The translations under genes were made by a program, and so were the position numbers. A model generated the notes under the pieces. The model searched no databases and was not told where the DNA came from. It saw only the letters and a list, made by a program, of their open reading frames with translations. From NCBI RefSeq assembly GCF_006345805.1, contig NW_021823876.1, positions 1-27,960 of the forward strand: a stretch of DNA of 27,960 bases, in the 5' to 3' direction. This DNA comes from Octopus sinensis. Taxonomy: Eukaryota. Below, piece by piece: positions 1-11,827 of the stretch; the stretch's first letter is position 1, and each line of letters begins with the position of its first letter.

Positions 1-389
1 CATTTTAATTATAACAACACCACAATATTATTTTCTTAAATGAGAGAATGCTGTAAAATTTTGAAAACAAGCGACAACAAGGAACAGGAGAACGCACACG
101 ATTGAAGTTATTTAAATATTTCATTGAAATGATATCAAAAGTAGCGGTTAAAATGCTACATTCGATTTTACATCTATCATTAAAATTGAATGATGAAAAA
201 TATTTCTAATAATCCACAATATAGCATTAAACATGATTAAACACAAAGCCTCAAACTTAAAAGATTTTGACATATTAATTATAATTAATTAGTAGAATCA
301 TTTCTTGGAAATACAATTTAAGAAAGCTGGACAATCCACTCTTACCCTCCGATTATCTGCAATGAATTTCATCTAAACGTATGAGTGTG

Positions 390-486
390 AATATATATTA
401 TATATAATATACACACATATATGTATATATATATATATGTATATGTATAGATATATACACACACACATATAGTATATATATATGTG

Positions 487-541
<55 letters not shown>

Positions 542-545
542 CACA
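390..545. repeat. (TA)n/(CA)n compound microsatellite
   Basis: Directly visible dinucleotide runs. Confidence 0.95.
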
Positions 546-659
546 TATACTTTGTCAACCTATACTCAGATTTTCAGCAGCGCACACACTTATTAAACTT
601 CTACATCTTCATACACAAAACGCATGCACTCGAACACACTAATACACAGATGCACGCAG

Positions 660-691
660 TATGTACATACACACACACACATATATATATG

Positions 692-726
<35 letters not shown>

Positions 727-740
727 GTGTGTTTGTGTAC

Positions 741-772
<32 letters not shown>
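660..772. repeat. Compound microsatellite (CA)n-(TA)n-(TATG)n-(GA)n
   Basis: Directly visible. Confidence 0.9.
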
Positions 773-1328
773 TTCGATAGATGCACATAAACATTCACCA
801 CTATGATATATTGATAAAATTATTTCTCTAATATATTAATATTGTAAATATCTCTTGTAGCTATCTTTACAAGTTCTGGTGCTGATTCCCTTCAATCCCC
901 ATTTAATGGGGCTCTTATTTTTAACTCTAGATAAACAACGTGTTTTCCAAGATCACATGCCGTGCTTGTAAATTATTCTTATTACGAAACCAATCATTCG
1001 AAGCTACCTGCAACGAAAGAGAGCGATGTAGAAGTTTCTGATGCGAGCAACGCTCAAATATAACAATTCACCTTCCCTTAATCATTGAGACCCGGTAGCA
1101 CTGCTATCACCACATCAGAGTTATCTTTCGTTTCCGGGATTTTATCTCTTGCCTGCAGGAGAGCATATATTGATTTCGATAGTTCGATCATTCTACCATT
1201 TCTCCCCCTTTACTGTATGGGAAGAGGTAATTGTTTCCGAAAGTTTTTGATTGATATTCTTTCTCCCCGCCTCTCTCTCTCTCAGTATATAACTTTGTCT
1301 AAACATCATAATACTTCCAGTGGGGTTA

Positions 1329-1543
1329 TATTCTGTTCTACACTAGGCACAAGGCCCTAAATTTAGCGGGAGGAGCCAGTTGATTAGATCGACCCTAGTA
1401 CTCAACTGGTGCTTAATTTATCGACTCCGAAAGGATAAAAGGCAAAGTCAGCCTCGGCGGATTTTGAACTCAGAACGTAAAGACAGATGAAATACTGCCA
1501 TGCATTTCACCCGGCGTGCTAACGTTTCTGCCAGCACGCCGTC
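1329..1543 (-). mobile_element. tRNA-derived SINE, family 1 (near full length)
   Basis: The reverse complement aligns by eye with the plus copy at 14098-14303: head ctggcagaaacgttagc, B box gagttcaaaatccgccgagg, central gccttttatcctttcggagtcgataaattaag, 3' end ggccttgtgcctagtgtagaa. Confidence 0.85.
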
Positions 1544-1807
1544 TTCCTGCGGTGATATATTGGATAATGAATGTAATACATTCTTTAGTCAAAAATATGC
1601 AATTCCTATTTGCAATATTGCCAATGTAAGAAATTTCACAACAAAAGATCATTAATGAAAAGCAAGAGATCACGTTTACTATTCTCTGATGATTCTGCAT
1701 ATTATCTTACTAAGTGGTAAGTAATGGATGTTACTTGAATATACAGATTATAAAACCGCACGCATGGTGCGCACATGAATACATATATACATGTTTGAGC
1801 AGCGAGA

Positions 1808-1811
<4 letters not shown>

Positions 1812-1892
<81 letters not shown>
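1812..1892. repeat. (TA)n(TG)n microsatellite
   Basis: Directly visible. Confidence 0.95.
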
Positions 1893-1894
<2 letters not shown>

Positions 1895-2325
1895 CAGTTG
1901 GAATGTACTAAAAAAACAAACAAAACAAAAGACGAAGACGGGTGGGTAAACAACAAACAGATGTATTAGTTTAACGCTCGGGAAGGTGAGAAAGTCATTT
2001 ACGTTTACGCTCTTCAAGAGAAGGGAACACAGAAATAAAGAGAGAGAAAAATTTTTTAAAAAAAGGTTTAGTGGCTAGCGATCAATCATGGCGCTGTCTT
2101 GGGTTGCGTGTGACGAGGATTAAAGTGAGGGAAGTTTGCACAACGCTATCTCTCTCATTCTCTCGCTGTGCTTCTAATGGCAAGTGAAGACGACCAGAGA
2201 GAAATAAGGATGCTGTACACGGCCGCAGTGTCCTTTGTGTTTCACTTCTCCCATAGAGCAAGAGTAAGAAAGAGAAAGAGAGAGTTAAAGACTAAGAGAG
2301 AGAGGGAAAGAAGAAGAGAGACAGA

Positions 2326-2790
2326 GACCTAATCTGCCTAACACATACTGCTGATGAGAATGCAAGTCAGGTGGGCAGACCCCTTTGTTCGAATGCCTGA
2401 CACGCGACTCCCCAAGAGATTGTTTCGCAGCGAACTGACAGGAGGCAAGATGAACACAAAAAGCGCTTGGAAGCTACCCTCAAAGCCTCACTGAGGAGCT
2501 GTGAGATCAACCCCGATGCTTGAGAAACGCAAGCGCAAAATCCCCTGCCTGGCCCAATAGGAACGAGACAAGCCCCACCACCTACGCGGAGAGCAAGATT
2601 GCAGAGGCACAAAGAAAATGCGAACAGCACCACTCAAGAACCAAATCCCTCCTCATCTTCAGTACCAGCAGCCCATCAGTGCCCGACCTGCGGCCGAGCA
2701 TTCTGGATACGCATCAGATTGATCAACCACAACCAGACACACTGTGCCTCTTCTTCTCCCATGCCATCGTCGACAATGACGGACGAACTT
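2326..2790 (+). mobile_element. RTE-clade LINE, 5'-truncated 3' fragment (decayed)
   Basis: Translates, with frameshifts, to QVRWADPFVRMPDTRLPKRLFRSELTGGK...LKASLRSCEINPDA, then a terminal C2H2 finger HQCPTCGRAFWIRIRLINHNQTH and a short 3' end (gccatcgtcgacaatgacggacgaac). This is typical of the RTE ORF C-terminus (QLRWAGHVxRM..RLPK motif). Confidence 0.85.
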
Positions 2791-3060
2791 ATACTATACA
2801 TAGATACACACACACACACACACACCTCTCACACACATCAATATGCACCTTGAAACAAGCACACTAGAGATATTTTACATGTACATAACTGTAGACATTC
2901 TTGATTTGGACGTGTGCAAGCATGTCTAAAACAAATCTGTGAGTGCGCGCACGTACACACGCAGATGTATAAACATATATGTGTTAGGTGATAAAGAGAG
3001 TATGAACCAAAATGGCGAACGACATTATTGACTTGCGCGTTTATCTGCCAAAGAAATAAT

Positions 3061-3066
3061 GAGAGT

Positions 3067-3126
<60 letters not shown>
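3061..3126. repeat. (GA)n microsatellite
   Basis: Directly visible. Confidence 0.95.
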
Positions 3127-4752
3127 ATGTGCGTGCGCACATTTGTTGTCTGTTAATCTGTGCTTTTACATTCCAGAAATTTACCCATTGTTTGTTTAGG
3201 CTAAATAACACTTCCGACAAGAGCAGAAGAGATAATTTCAAAAATAACTGGTTAAGATAACCAACGAAGCGAATAGTTTATTCATGCACGACAGCTAGTA
3301 AGTGTGTGTGCGTGAGAGTTTATGTATTCGTGTGTGTGTATGTGTGTGTGTGTGTGCGTGTATGTGTGTGTACATATACATATACAGAGAAAGATATATT
3401 TCAACATTAGTGTGTTAATATGAATATAGGTGTGTTTGCATGGATTTGAGTGTGTCACTGTCCGCCCAATTCTAGGAATCTTAGAAGTTAATGGCATGCA
3501 AAGGAGAATGGCAAATAAGGGCAAACAGTAACAGAGAGAAAGAGAGGGTGAGGGAAACAGAGTATAAATTTAACCATGTTCCTTATATATCAGAAATAAT
3601 CCATCAGTTTGAGATAAAGGAAGAAAAAGGGTAGTTTAAGTTAGATGTAAGGGTGTGATTTTAAGTGACTCGTTAATTTTTTAAGAATATTTTCTTACCT
3701 GTCAATATCACTTTAGCTATGTATTAAGACTTTTTTCTATAAACTTTATGAAAATATATTTGGTTAAAAAACGTTAGCATATTAAAACCGCTTCAACTCT
3801 TTAACAATCTGATTCTACGACATCGTTGTAAACAATCTAATGGCATCAGTGTCTTAGATAGCTATGGTAGTTTCCCTTCCGATTTATAAATGTTGCCATG
3901 TAGAAAAATGTTTTCCCACCCAACACGTAAGCTATCTATCTGCTTGTTTTAAGTTATCCGTGAACAACTCCGCTCGTAAATATTGTCTCATGACGAAGGT
4001 AAAAAATCTCCGTGTTAATCTTATTTGTTCACTATTCGCTTCATTCAATTTACAGGACAACCATAGTTGTATCTTACAGTCTATTCACTATCACTATTAT
4101 CATAAAATTTAGAATAAATTCGAAAAGCTAACAAACGACGTATTTAATATATTTTGTATTTATTCAGTAATATCCCAGTCGTATGTGCATTTCGGTCTCA
4201 AAAGATTTCTAGTGTCATTTTCAATGTCAAACGTAGTTGGTATTTACGTGTAGCTAAGTAAGTCAGCTAACCTGAGAGTAACTGCAGAGCTCCGTTTAAG
4301 ATGTTATTTGTAATCACGGTGTACTTATGTAACTATAAAATATGAATTCGAAACTTAAATAATGATAATACTCTATAAATTCTAATGCCTAAACATTCTC
4401 GATAGAAATCGTCAAACCTTTCTCAAATAGCGATGTATCTTTATAAAAGAAATCCTTTGCTGGATAAAATGGTCATACGCGTCAACAAATGCCTGATGGT
4501 GATGACGAGAACGACTTTGAGCACAGGTCTTTTTAATCATAGTTGAACTAGTTGTAAACAACACATAAGTAAATCGTATGTATGGATTACAATTCTATCA
4601 GATGTAAGATCGTTTATTACAAAGAGGTCACTAAAATCTTTTCATTAAATTATAACTAGTTTGATGGGAAATTATATAGCACAGCCAATCAACCAATTTA
4701 ACAAATTATATTCTATAGGATGCACAAAACACTTAAGTGATCAAGTAAAAAA

Positions 4753-5617
4753 TAGCTGTCTGAAATGTGTTAGGTATAATTAGTCAGAGAAACGAAGCTA
4801 AAGTATGCAGGGTAAAACTTCTTGGCACAAAGTGACCTTAAATTTTGTTGTGCATGTGCATCAAATTTTAACGGTCTAGCTCACTTCCGCTGTTAACAGC
4901 AGTGCTTGGAAAGAACGTGTGTAGCGTGTGATCGTCGCATTGACCATGACAAAGAAAGTCGTCGTGGAAATACCTGCTGAGAGGCCTACGCGAAGTTGCA
5001 GAAAGTGTATGGAGAGGGGTGTATGAGCTGCACACAAGAATACGAGTGGTTCAGATGTCTTCAAGATGGCCGAAAAAATCTCGATAAGGATGAACGCTCT
5101 GGGAGACCCGCAACCAGCAGAACTGAGAAAAAACATTACAGATGTGTGTGCAACCGTGAGGAGAAACTCGTCAAATCACCATCCGTGAGTAATCAGAGGA
5201 TGGGCAGATTAGTTACGGTTTAGTTCAGTCCATTATCACTAAAGATTTCGTCTGCCAAGTTCGTGCCAAACTGCTTTAAGATGACCAAAAAGACACTCGG
5301 GATTTCAGTTGCACAAGATCTTGATTATGTCGAGGACAATGAAAACATTTTGAAAACTTTGCGTAGGCCTCTGAGCAGGTATTGCCAAGCTTTTGGCAAA
5401 ATTTGAGGCAGATTCTCTGCTCAACTTTCTGTCGTGTTCAATTTGACGATCACACGCTACACACGTACCTTCCAAGCACTGCTGTAAACTGCGGAAGTTA
5501 GCTAAAATGTTAAACCTAAGTGCACATGCACAGCAGAGACCAAGGTCAATCTGTACCAAGCGGCTTCACTCTGTGTGCTTATTGATCAGATCACATATAC
5601 TCATCCAGCAGACAACT
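4753..5617 (+). mobile_element. Tc1/mariner (mariner-type) non-autonomous derivative with an inverted duplicated 5' end
   Basis: The plus strand gives a decayed transposase N-terminus EAYAKLQKVYGEGCMSCTQEYEWFRCLQDGRKNLDKDERSGRPATS...SAKFVP...DYVEDNENILKT, stopping before the catalytic TGDE. Bases 4801-4997 are repeated in inverted orientation at ~5355-5580. The outer ends are approximate. Confidence 0.85.
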
Positions 5618-6127
5618 GAAAGTGTACATAACGAGGTTCAGGTATTTCTTAAAAGTTCATTTATTTTATTATACTTCTATGTTTATTTGATGTCTCCATT
5701 GTTTAGTATCACATAAAGCCAAAACATGTAACCTGGCATTTTTCGGTCAGTTTGCAATTCTCAGGTAATATAATCAGTTTGTTCCCATACTCTACTTGCA
5801 TAATTTCAGACAAGTTAGGATCTTTCAGTAGCCCCTATCGCAAGTGTATTGTAAATTATATAATTGTTAGAACTGAATTTTGCAAACATGACAGTTTTGC
5901 TTGAGTTCTAAGTTCGATTTGAGTATACATCCGTGTGAATGAAATATAAGAACACCTATCAAATATACTAAAATAATTTCACTTTCACAATTCATTAGCG
6001 ACTTGTATCTTTTATTAAGGGCTTACTCAAAGGAGGAAGAACTTGTGGAAGAAAGTGAAGACGTTATCATCAGACTAGAAATATATTCAATAGAATGGAT
6101 TTCGTTATGCCACCAAAAGAGACACAT

Positions 6128-6355
6128 ATTGGTAAACGGAAACCGAAAAAGCTCGTCATATACATATTACATATAATGATATAATTATACGCATACACAC
6201 AAACATATACACACTGTAATGTGACAGTGCAAAAAGCAGACATCTCCAATACAAGTACCAGACCTAAAAATAGATCCTGGGTAAATCAGTAGAATCGACT
6301 AAAATTATGCAGTGTTGTGCTCCTATATGGCCACAGACTGAAACAAATAAGAGAG
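6128..6355 (+). mobile_element. Degenerate SINE family 2 remnant
   Basis: tggtaaacggaaaccgaaaaagctcgtcata and aagtaccagacc...tcctggg...tcgact...tggccacagactgaaacaaataagag match the reverse complement of the copy at 17145-17548. Confidence 0.6.
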
Positions 6356-6378
6356 TAAGAAAGTTTGAAATATGTTTA

Positions 6379-6573
<195 letters not shown>

Positions 6574-6689
6574 TCAATGTTTCAGTTTGCAAAACTCAGA
6601 AAACTACACTACCATACACAAATAAATATGCATTTGAAATTGCTTTTTATGAGTGCATTTTAATATTTAAGAGTCTTATAAATTCTGAG

Positions 6690-6836
6690 AGCTGTTAGAA
6701 TCGTTAGCTCACTGGGAAAATGCTCAGCGGCATTTCGACCGTTCAAAGTTCAAATTCTGCCACGAGAGGGGACGACATAATCGACTTATCTTTCCAAAAA
6801 CTGTTGACCTTGCATCAAAATTTGAAATCATTATTA
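6690..6836 (+). mobile_element. Degenerate, internally deleted SINE family 1
   Basis: agaatcgttagc...aaaatgctcagcggcatttcg...agttcaaattctgcc...taatcgactt...gaccttgcatcaaaatttgaaatcattatt. Confidence 0.6.
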
Positions 6837-7036
6837 AAGACTACTCAAGAGTCCTTGAGAAGTGATATGACATTTAAATGTTTACTTATTAATTCCCTTA
6901 ATATAATATCTCTAATAAAATTAATGTCATACAAAAATGAGCTTTTAGAAATTGTGTGAATGAGAAAACTTTAACCTGGCTATAACAGGCAAGCATACGT
7001 GTGTGTATGTGTGCGTGCAAGGCGTATTTAAGTCTT

Positions 7037-7590
7037 ATATATATATATATCAGTCTCACACACGCGTGCGGACACACACACACACATAGCTGCATACATA
7101 CATACATACACACACACATATATATATATATATATATCTCATACCCTATAGCCTTAAATTGGACTGCACTTAATTTTAGGTGCACGTTCCCTGAGGAGAA
7201 ATACTTAAGGATCAGGATTCTAACGGTTCTATACGTAGATCTAATTGACCAAGGAAGACTTAGTGCTAACAATACCACAACTTTCTTTCCATCAATATAA
7301 ATGTTTTATATATAAGGAAGAGATATACCTCGAAGACATCTCATTGTTTAATTGTTGCGTAATAATAACACTTTAATACACATTGATCTTTAGCCTAAGT
7401 ATATGTATGAATGGGTAGACATACATACCTATACACACATAGAAAGATATACACAAGCATTTACACAGACACATGATAAACACCTCAACTGAGCGTAGCA
7501 TCATTGCACTCCACCCGTGTAAAAACATTTAACACACACCTGCACACATAGAGAAAGTTCGTTAGACACACATCTATCAATGAATCAATC

Positions 7591-7647
<57 letters not shown>

Positions 7648-8201
7648 ATATCAGTCTCACACACGCGTGCGGACACACACACACACATAGCTGCATACAT
7701 ACATACATACACACACACATATATATATATATATATATCTCATACCCTATAGCCTTAAATTGGACTGCACTTAATTTTAGGTGCACGTTCCCTGAGGAGA
7801 AATACTTAAGGATCAGGATTCTAACGGTTCTATACGTAGATCTAATTGACCAAGGAAGACTTAGTGCTAACAATACCACAACTTTCTTTCCATCAATATA
7901 AATGTTTATATATAAGGAGAGATATACCTCGAAGACATCTCATTGTTTAATTGTTGCGTAATAATAACACTTTAATACACATTGATCTTTAGCCTAAGTA
8001 TATGTATGAATGGGTAGACATACATACCTATACACACATAGAAAGATATACACAAGCATTTACACAGACACATGATAAACACCTCAACTGAGCGTAGCAT
8101 CATTGCACTCCACCCGTGTAAAAACATTTAACACACACCTGCACACATAGAGAAAGTTCGTTAGACACACATCTATCAATGAATCAATCTATATATATAT
8201 A

Positions 8202-8247
<46 letters not shown>

Positions 8248-8811
8248 ATATCAGTCTCACACACGCGTGCGGACACACACACACACACATAGCTGCTACA
8301 TACATACATACACCCACCACATATATTATATATATATATCTCATACCCTATAGCCTTAAATTGGACTGCACTTAATTTTAGGTGCACGTTCCCTGAGGAG
8401 AAATACTTAAGGATCAGGATTCTAACGGTTCTATACGTAGATCTAATTGACCAAGGAAGACTTAGTGCTAACAATACCACAACTTTCTTTCCATCAATAT
8501 AAATGTTTATATATAAGGAGAGAGATATACCTCGAAGACATCTCATTGTTTAATTGTTGCGTAATAATAACACTTTAATACACATTGATCTTAGCTAAGT
8601 AATGTATGAATGGGTTACATACATACCTATACACACATAGAAAGATATACACAAGCATTTACACAGACACACATGATAAACACCTCAACTGAGCGTAGCA
8701 ATCATTGCACTCCCCCGTGTAAAAACATTTAACACACACCTGCACACATAGAGAAAGTTCGTTAGACACACATCTATCAATGAATCAATCTATAATATAT
8801 ATAATATTATG

Positions 8812-8840
<29 letters not shown>
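7037..8840. repeat. Tandem triplication of a ~600-bp unit with (TA)n junctions
   Basis: The unit start cagtctcacacacgcgtgcggac recurs at 7051, 7652 and 8252. Units are nearly identical and each ends tgaatcaatc(TA)n. Confidence 0.95.
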
Positions 8841-8876
<36 letters not shown>

Positions 8877-8945
8877 CACACATATATATACATATATATA
8901 TATTATATGTGTGTGTGTGTGTGTGCATATGTATATTGATGTTAT

Positions 8946-9625
8946 AATATGCCAACATTATAACAGCAAAACTGACTGCAGGCGTTATAAGCAACGGGCC
9001 AAGCAATGTACAAGACAACGATCAAGCCATCATCATCTGGGATATACGGGTTCAAACCGACGAAGAAATAAAAGCTAATCGCTCAGGCATAATAGTCAAG
9101 GATTGAAGATAAAACATATGCTTACTGATAGACATTGCAGTCCCTTCTGGTCAAAATATTGTCCAAAAAGTAGTGGAGAAATTGTCAAAGTACAAATACC
9201 TCGAAACTGAAGTATTCAAAATGTGGAGCTTGAAGGTAAAAACAATACTAATAATAAATGGAGCATTGGGTATGATAAAAAAAATCATATGAACAAAAAT
9301 GTAGAAGCTATACCTGGATCCTCAACACTACACACTATCCAAAAAAACTAGTCCTGCCAGGAACAGCCCACATTCTGCGCAAGACACAATCAATCCCATA
9401 ATTCAACCTAAACAAAACAACCCACAAATAAAAATCACAATCTATAGAGCATTTACCCAGTGAAATAAACTCCCACCTGCAGGCCTAAAAACCAAAAATA
9501 CAAGCAGTAACACAACAAAAAATGGCACCACACTTCAAGGAAAAAAAGGCAAACTAACACAAAGAGTACCGGGAAGAGTTTGCACACTCCTAACAGCAGA
9601 ATAATCTACCAAATATTGAGCAGTT
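8946..9625 (+). mobile_element. R4/Dong-type non-LTR retrotransposon 3' fragment A (restriction-like endonuclease domain + 3' UTR)
   Basis: IIIWDIRVQTDEEIKANRSGIIVKD..ICLLIDIAVPSGQNIVQKVVEKLSKYKYLETEVFKMWSLKVKTILIINGALGMIKK...GTAHILRKT, with internal stops; ends in (TAA)n. Confidence 0.88.
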
Positions 9626-9639
9626 ATATAATAATAATA

Positions 9640-9712
<73 letters not shown>

Positions 9713-9782
9713 TAATAACAACAACAACAATAATAATAATAATAATAATAATAACAACAACAACAATAATAATAATAATAAT
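9626..9782. repeat. (TAA)n/(CAA)n microsatellite
   Basis: Directly visible; separates retroelement fragments A and B. Confidence 0.95.
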
Positions 9783-9819
9783 ATGCCAGCCAACTACTTG
9801 TGATAGCATCGACTATGTC

Positions 9820-10640
9820 TCCATCAAATAAGAGCTTATTGACTCGGAACTACTAAGCCAATGATACTGAAACGATGAGATTGAAACAGTGGACCACCTA
9901 ATCTCTGGCTGTAAGGTTTTAGCACCAGTAGACATGACAGAGTTGGCCAGTATCTACACTGGATAATATATCGGCATTATAAAATCAAAACTGCTGACAA
10001 GTGGTACAAAGACCACATTGAGGTTGTAACTGAGGGAGAAAATGGGACGATTCTTTGAGACTTTCCAGTACATACAGACTCAACTATCAAAGCTAATAAA
10101 CCAGATACTGTTATGAAAGACAAAAATAATAAAATCTGTTTATTGATTGGCATGAGCATACCTTGTGATCATAATATCTCGGCAAAACTATTTGATCAGC
10201 TCAGAAGATATAAAGAATTGCTTATTGAAATCGAAAACAATGTGATATCTCAATACGGTTACAATACCAGTGATTGTAGGAGAACTTGAAATGATCAAAA
10301 TAGGAACTAAATTTTATTTTAGGATGATCCCTGGTTTACCATCCATGCAAGAAGTGCAAAAGATTGTCTTAACTAGTACATCACACATATTGAGAAGAGC
10401 AGTGTCGAGGGGAATTTTCTTTCTTTTCCCCTTTATTTTCTTTGTTTTCTTTTCCTCATTTTTCTTTCTTTCCTTCTTTCTTTTTTCACCTTCTTCACAT
10501 TTTTCTTCTATCACATGATTTTGTAAATGAACAATCTGGTGCGTTTATTTTAATGGCCTACCTACAGTGAGTTTCTTTGCCCTAGGTATCGGGAAGACAC
10601 TCGGTAAGAAATGGAAACAAAATTGAAGGAAGAAAAACAT
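9820..10640 (+). mobile_element. R4/Dong-type retrotransposon 3' fragment B (part of zinc knuckle, RHD motif, RLE domain, 3' UTR)
   Basis: ETVDHLISGCKVLAP..HDRVGQYLHWII..TIKANKPDTVMKDKNNKICLLIGMSIPCDHNISAK..IPVIVGELEMIK..QEVQKIVLTSTSHILRRAVS; followed by (TAA)n at 10640-10712. Confidence 0.9.
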
Positions 10641-10669
10641 AATAAAATAATAATAATAATAATAATTAA

Positions 10670-10712
<43 letters not shown>

Positions 10713-10715
<3 letters not shown>

Positions 10716-11267
10716 GCTGATGCAGTACTAGGCAGTGGCTCTCATGGCTTCTGATCTTAACTGATTGGAAGTGTTATCAGTACATGGTTTTTGTTTTGGT
10801 ATAATAAAGATGGGCTACAGCAAATATTCTGCTCAGTAACACAGATTTGCTTGTCAGTTGTTTGACCATACCGTTGAGCATTGTCCCTTAGTGGCTGACG
10901 ATATGTGCATCTCTGATCACGAGCAGAAGTAGTGGGGGAGCATCATAGCCAGTGTTGAGTGGGATTCTTTGGGGTTGATAATTCACCTCTGGAAACATGG
11001 GTGGTTCTTTCAACATCCTTAAACAACCCTTATTCAGGAACCTTTTGAGCGGGATGGGCTACTCAACTGAAGAAAATTCTAACTGGGCCCCACCTGCAAG
11101 GTCTGTGCTGTTTATCTCGATATGAGATCACCATGTCGCGCACATATGGTTGTGATGCATGTGCCTGGTGTACCTTTATCAGACGGGTAGTCATGCATGA
11201 TGGGTATATGGGGCTTCGTATATTTTTACCCCAGTGTCACTTTGATGGCATGCACTGCTCTCTCAAT
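10713..11267. mobile_element. Unclassified non-coding insert embedded in (TAA)n (probable retroposed element or long LINE 3' UTR)
   Basis: Complex, relatively GC-richer sequence with abrupt (TAA)n on both sides. No recognisable TE protein motif or tRNA head. Confidence 0.5.
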
Positions 11268-11287
11268 CAATAATAATAATAATAATA

Positions 11288-11332
<45 letters not shown>

Positions 11333-11356
11333 TAATAATAACGATAATGATGATAA

Positions 11357-11553
11357 TTCTTTCTACTGGAAGCACAAGGGGGAAGGGATTAGATCGATTA
11401 CATCGACCCCACCCTCATGCATAACTGGTATCTATTTAATCGACCCCGAAAGAATGAAAGGCAAAGTCGACCCCCTGAAATTTGGTCTCAAAACGTAGCT
11501 GCAGCCGAAATACCGCGATGCATTCCCTCAGCATTTCTGCCAGCTCGACGTCT
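11357..11553 (-). mobile_element. SINE family 1 copy, flanked on both sides by (TAA)n
   Basis: atcgaccccgaaagaatgaaaggcaaagtcgacc and tttctgccagctcg match the family 1 core and head. Confidence 0.8.
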
Positions 11554-11619
11554 TAATAATAATTTTAAAATAATAATAATAATAATAATAATAACAACAA
11601 CAGCAACAATTGAATTCCA

Positions 11620-11680
11620 TCCTATGTAACCGACTAAACAGCTTCTGTGTAATTGCTGGCATTATGCTAAAATTTGAACT
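11620..11680 (+). mobile_element. 3' terminal fragment of SINE family 1 running into an (ATT)n tail
   Basis: atgtaaccgact...aattgctggcattatgctaaaatttgaacttattatt resembles the 3' ends at 6800-6836 and (reverse complement) 21951 and 22371. Confidence 0.5.
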
Positions 11681-11694
11681 TATTATTATTATTA

Positions 11695-11751
<57 letters not shown>

Positions 11752-11827
11752 CATCATCATTATTATTATTATTACTATTATTATTATTATTATTATTATT
11801 ATTATCATCATCATCATCATCATCATC
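11680..11827. repeat. (TTA)n/(TCA)n microsatellite
   Basis: Directly visible. Confidence 0.95.

Noticed and set aside
1038-1062. Hammerhead-like ctgatgc-gagc-aac-gctc-aaat
   Set aside because: Core positions A9 and G12 are missing, and there is no convincing stem I or III.
1892-2095. Possible Penelope-like terminal-repeat remnant next to (TG)n (minus strand ttgaagagcgtaaacgta)
   Set aside because: The ribozyme core and stem II are incomplete and there is no second copy in the window, so it cannot be supported without a database search.
7165-7205. tgcacttaattttaggtgca hairpin followed by ctgaggagaaa in each triplicated unit
   Set aside because: There is no stem II between CUGAGGA and GAAA, so it is not a hammerhead. 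The three-fold recurrence is due only to the triplication.
7051-8791. CRISPR-like or regularly spaced repeat array
   Set aside because: Whole 600-bp units are duplicated with no unique spacers, and the context is eukaryotic.
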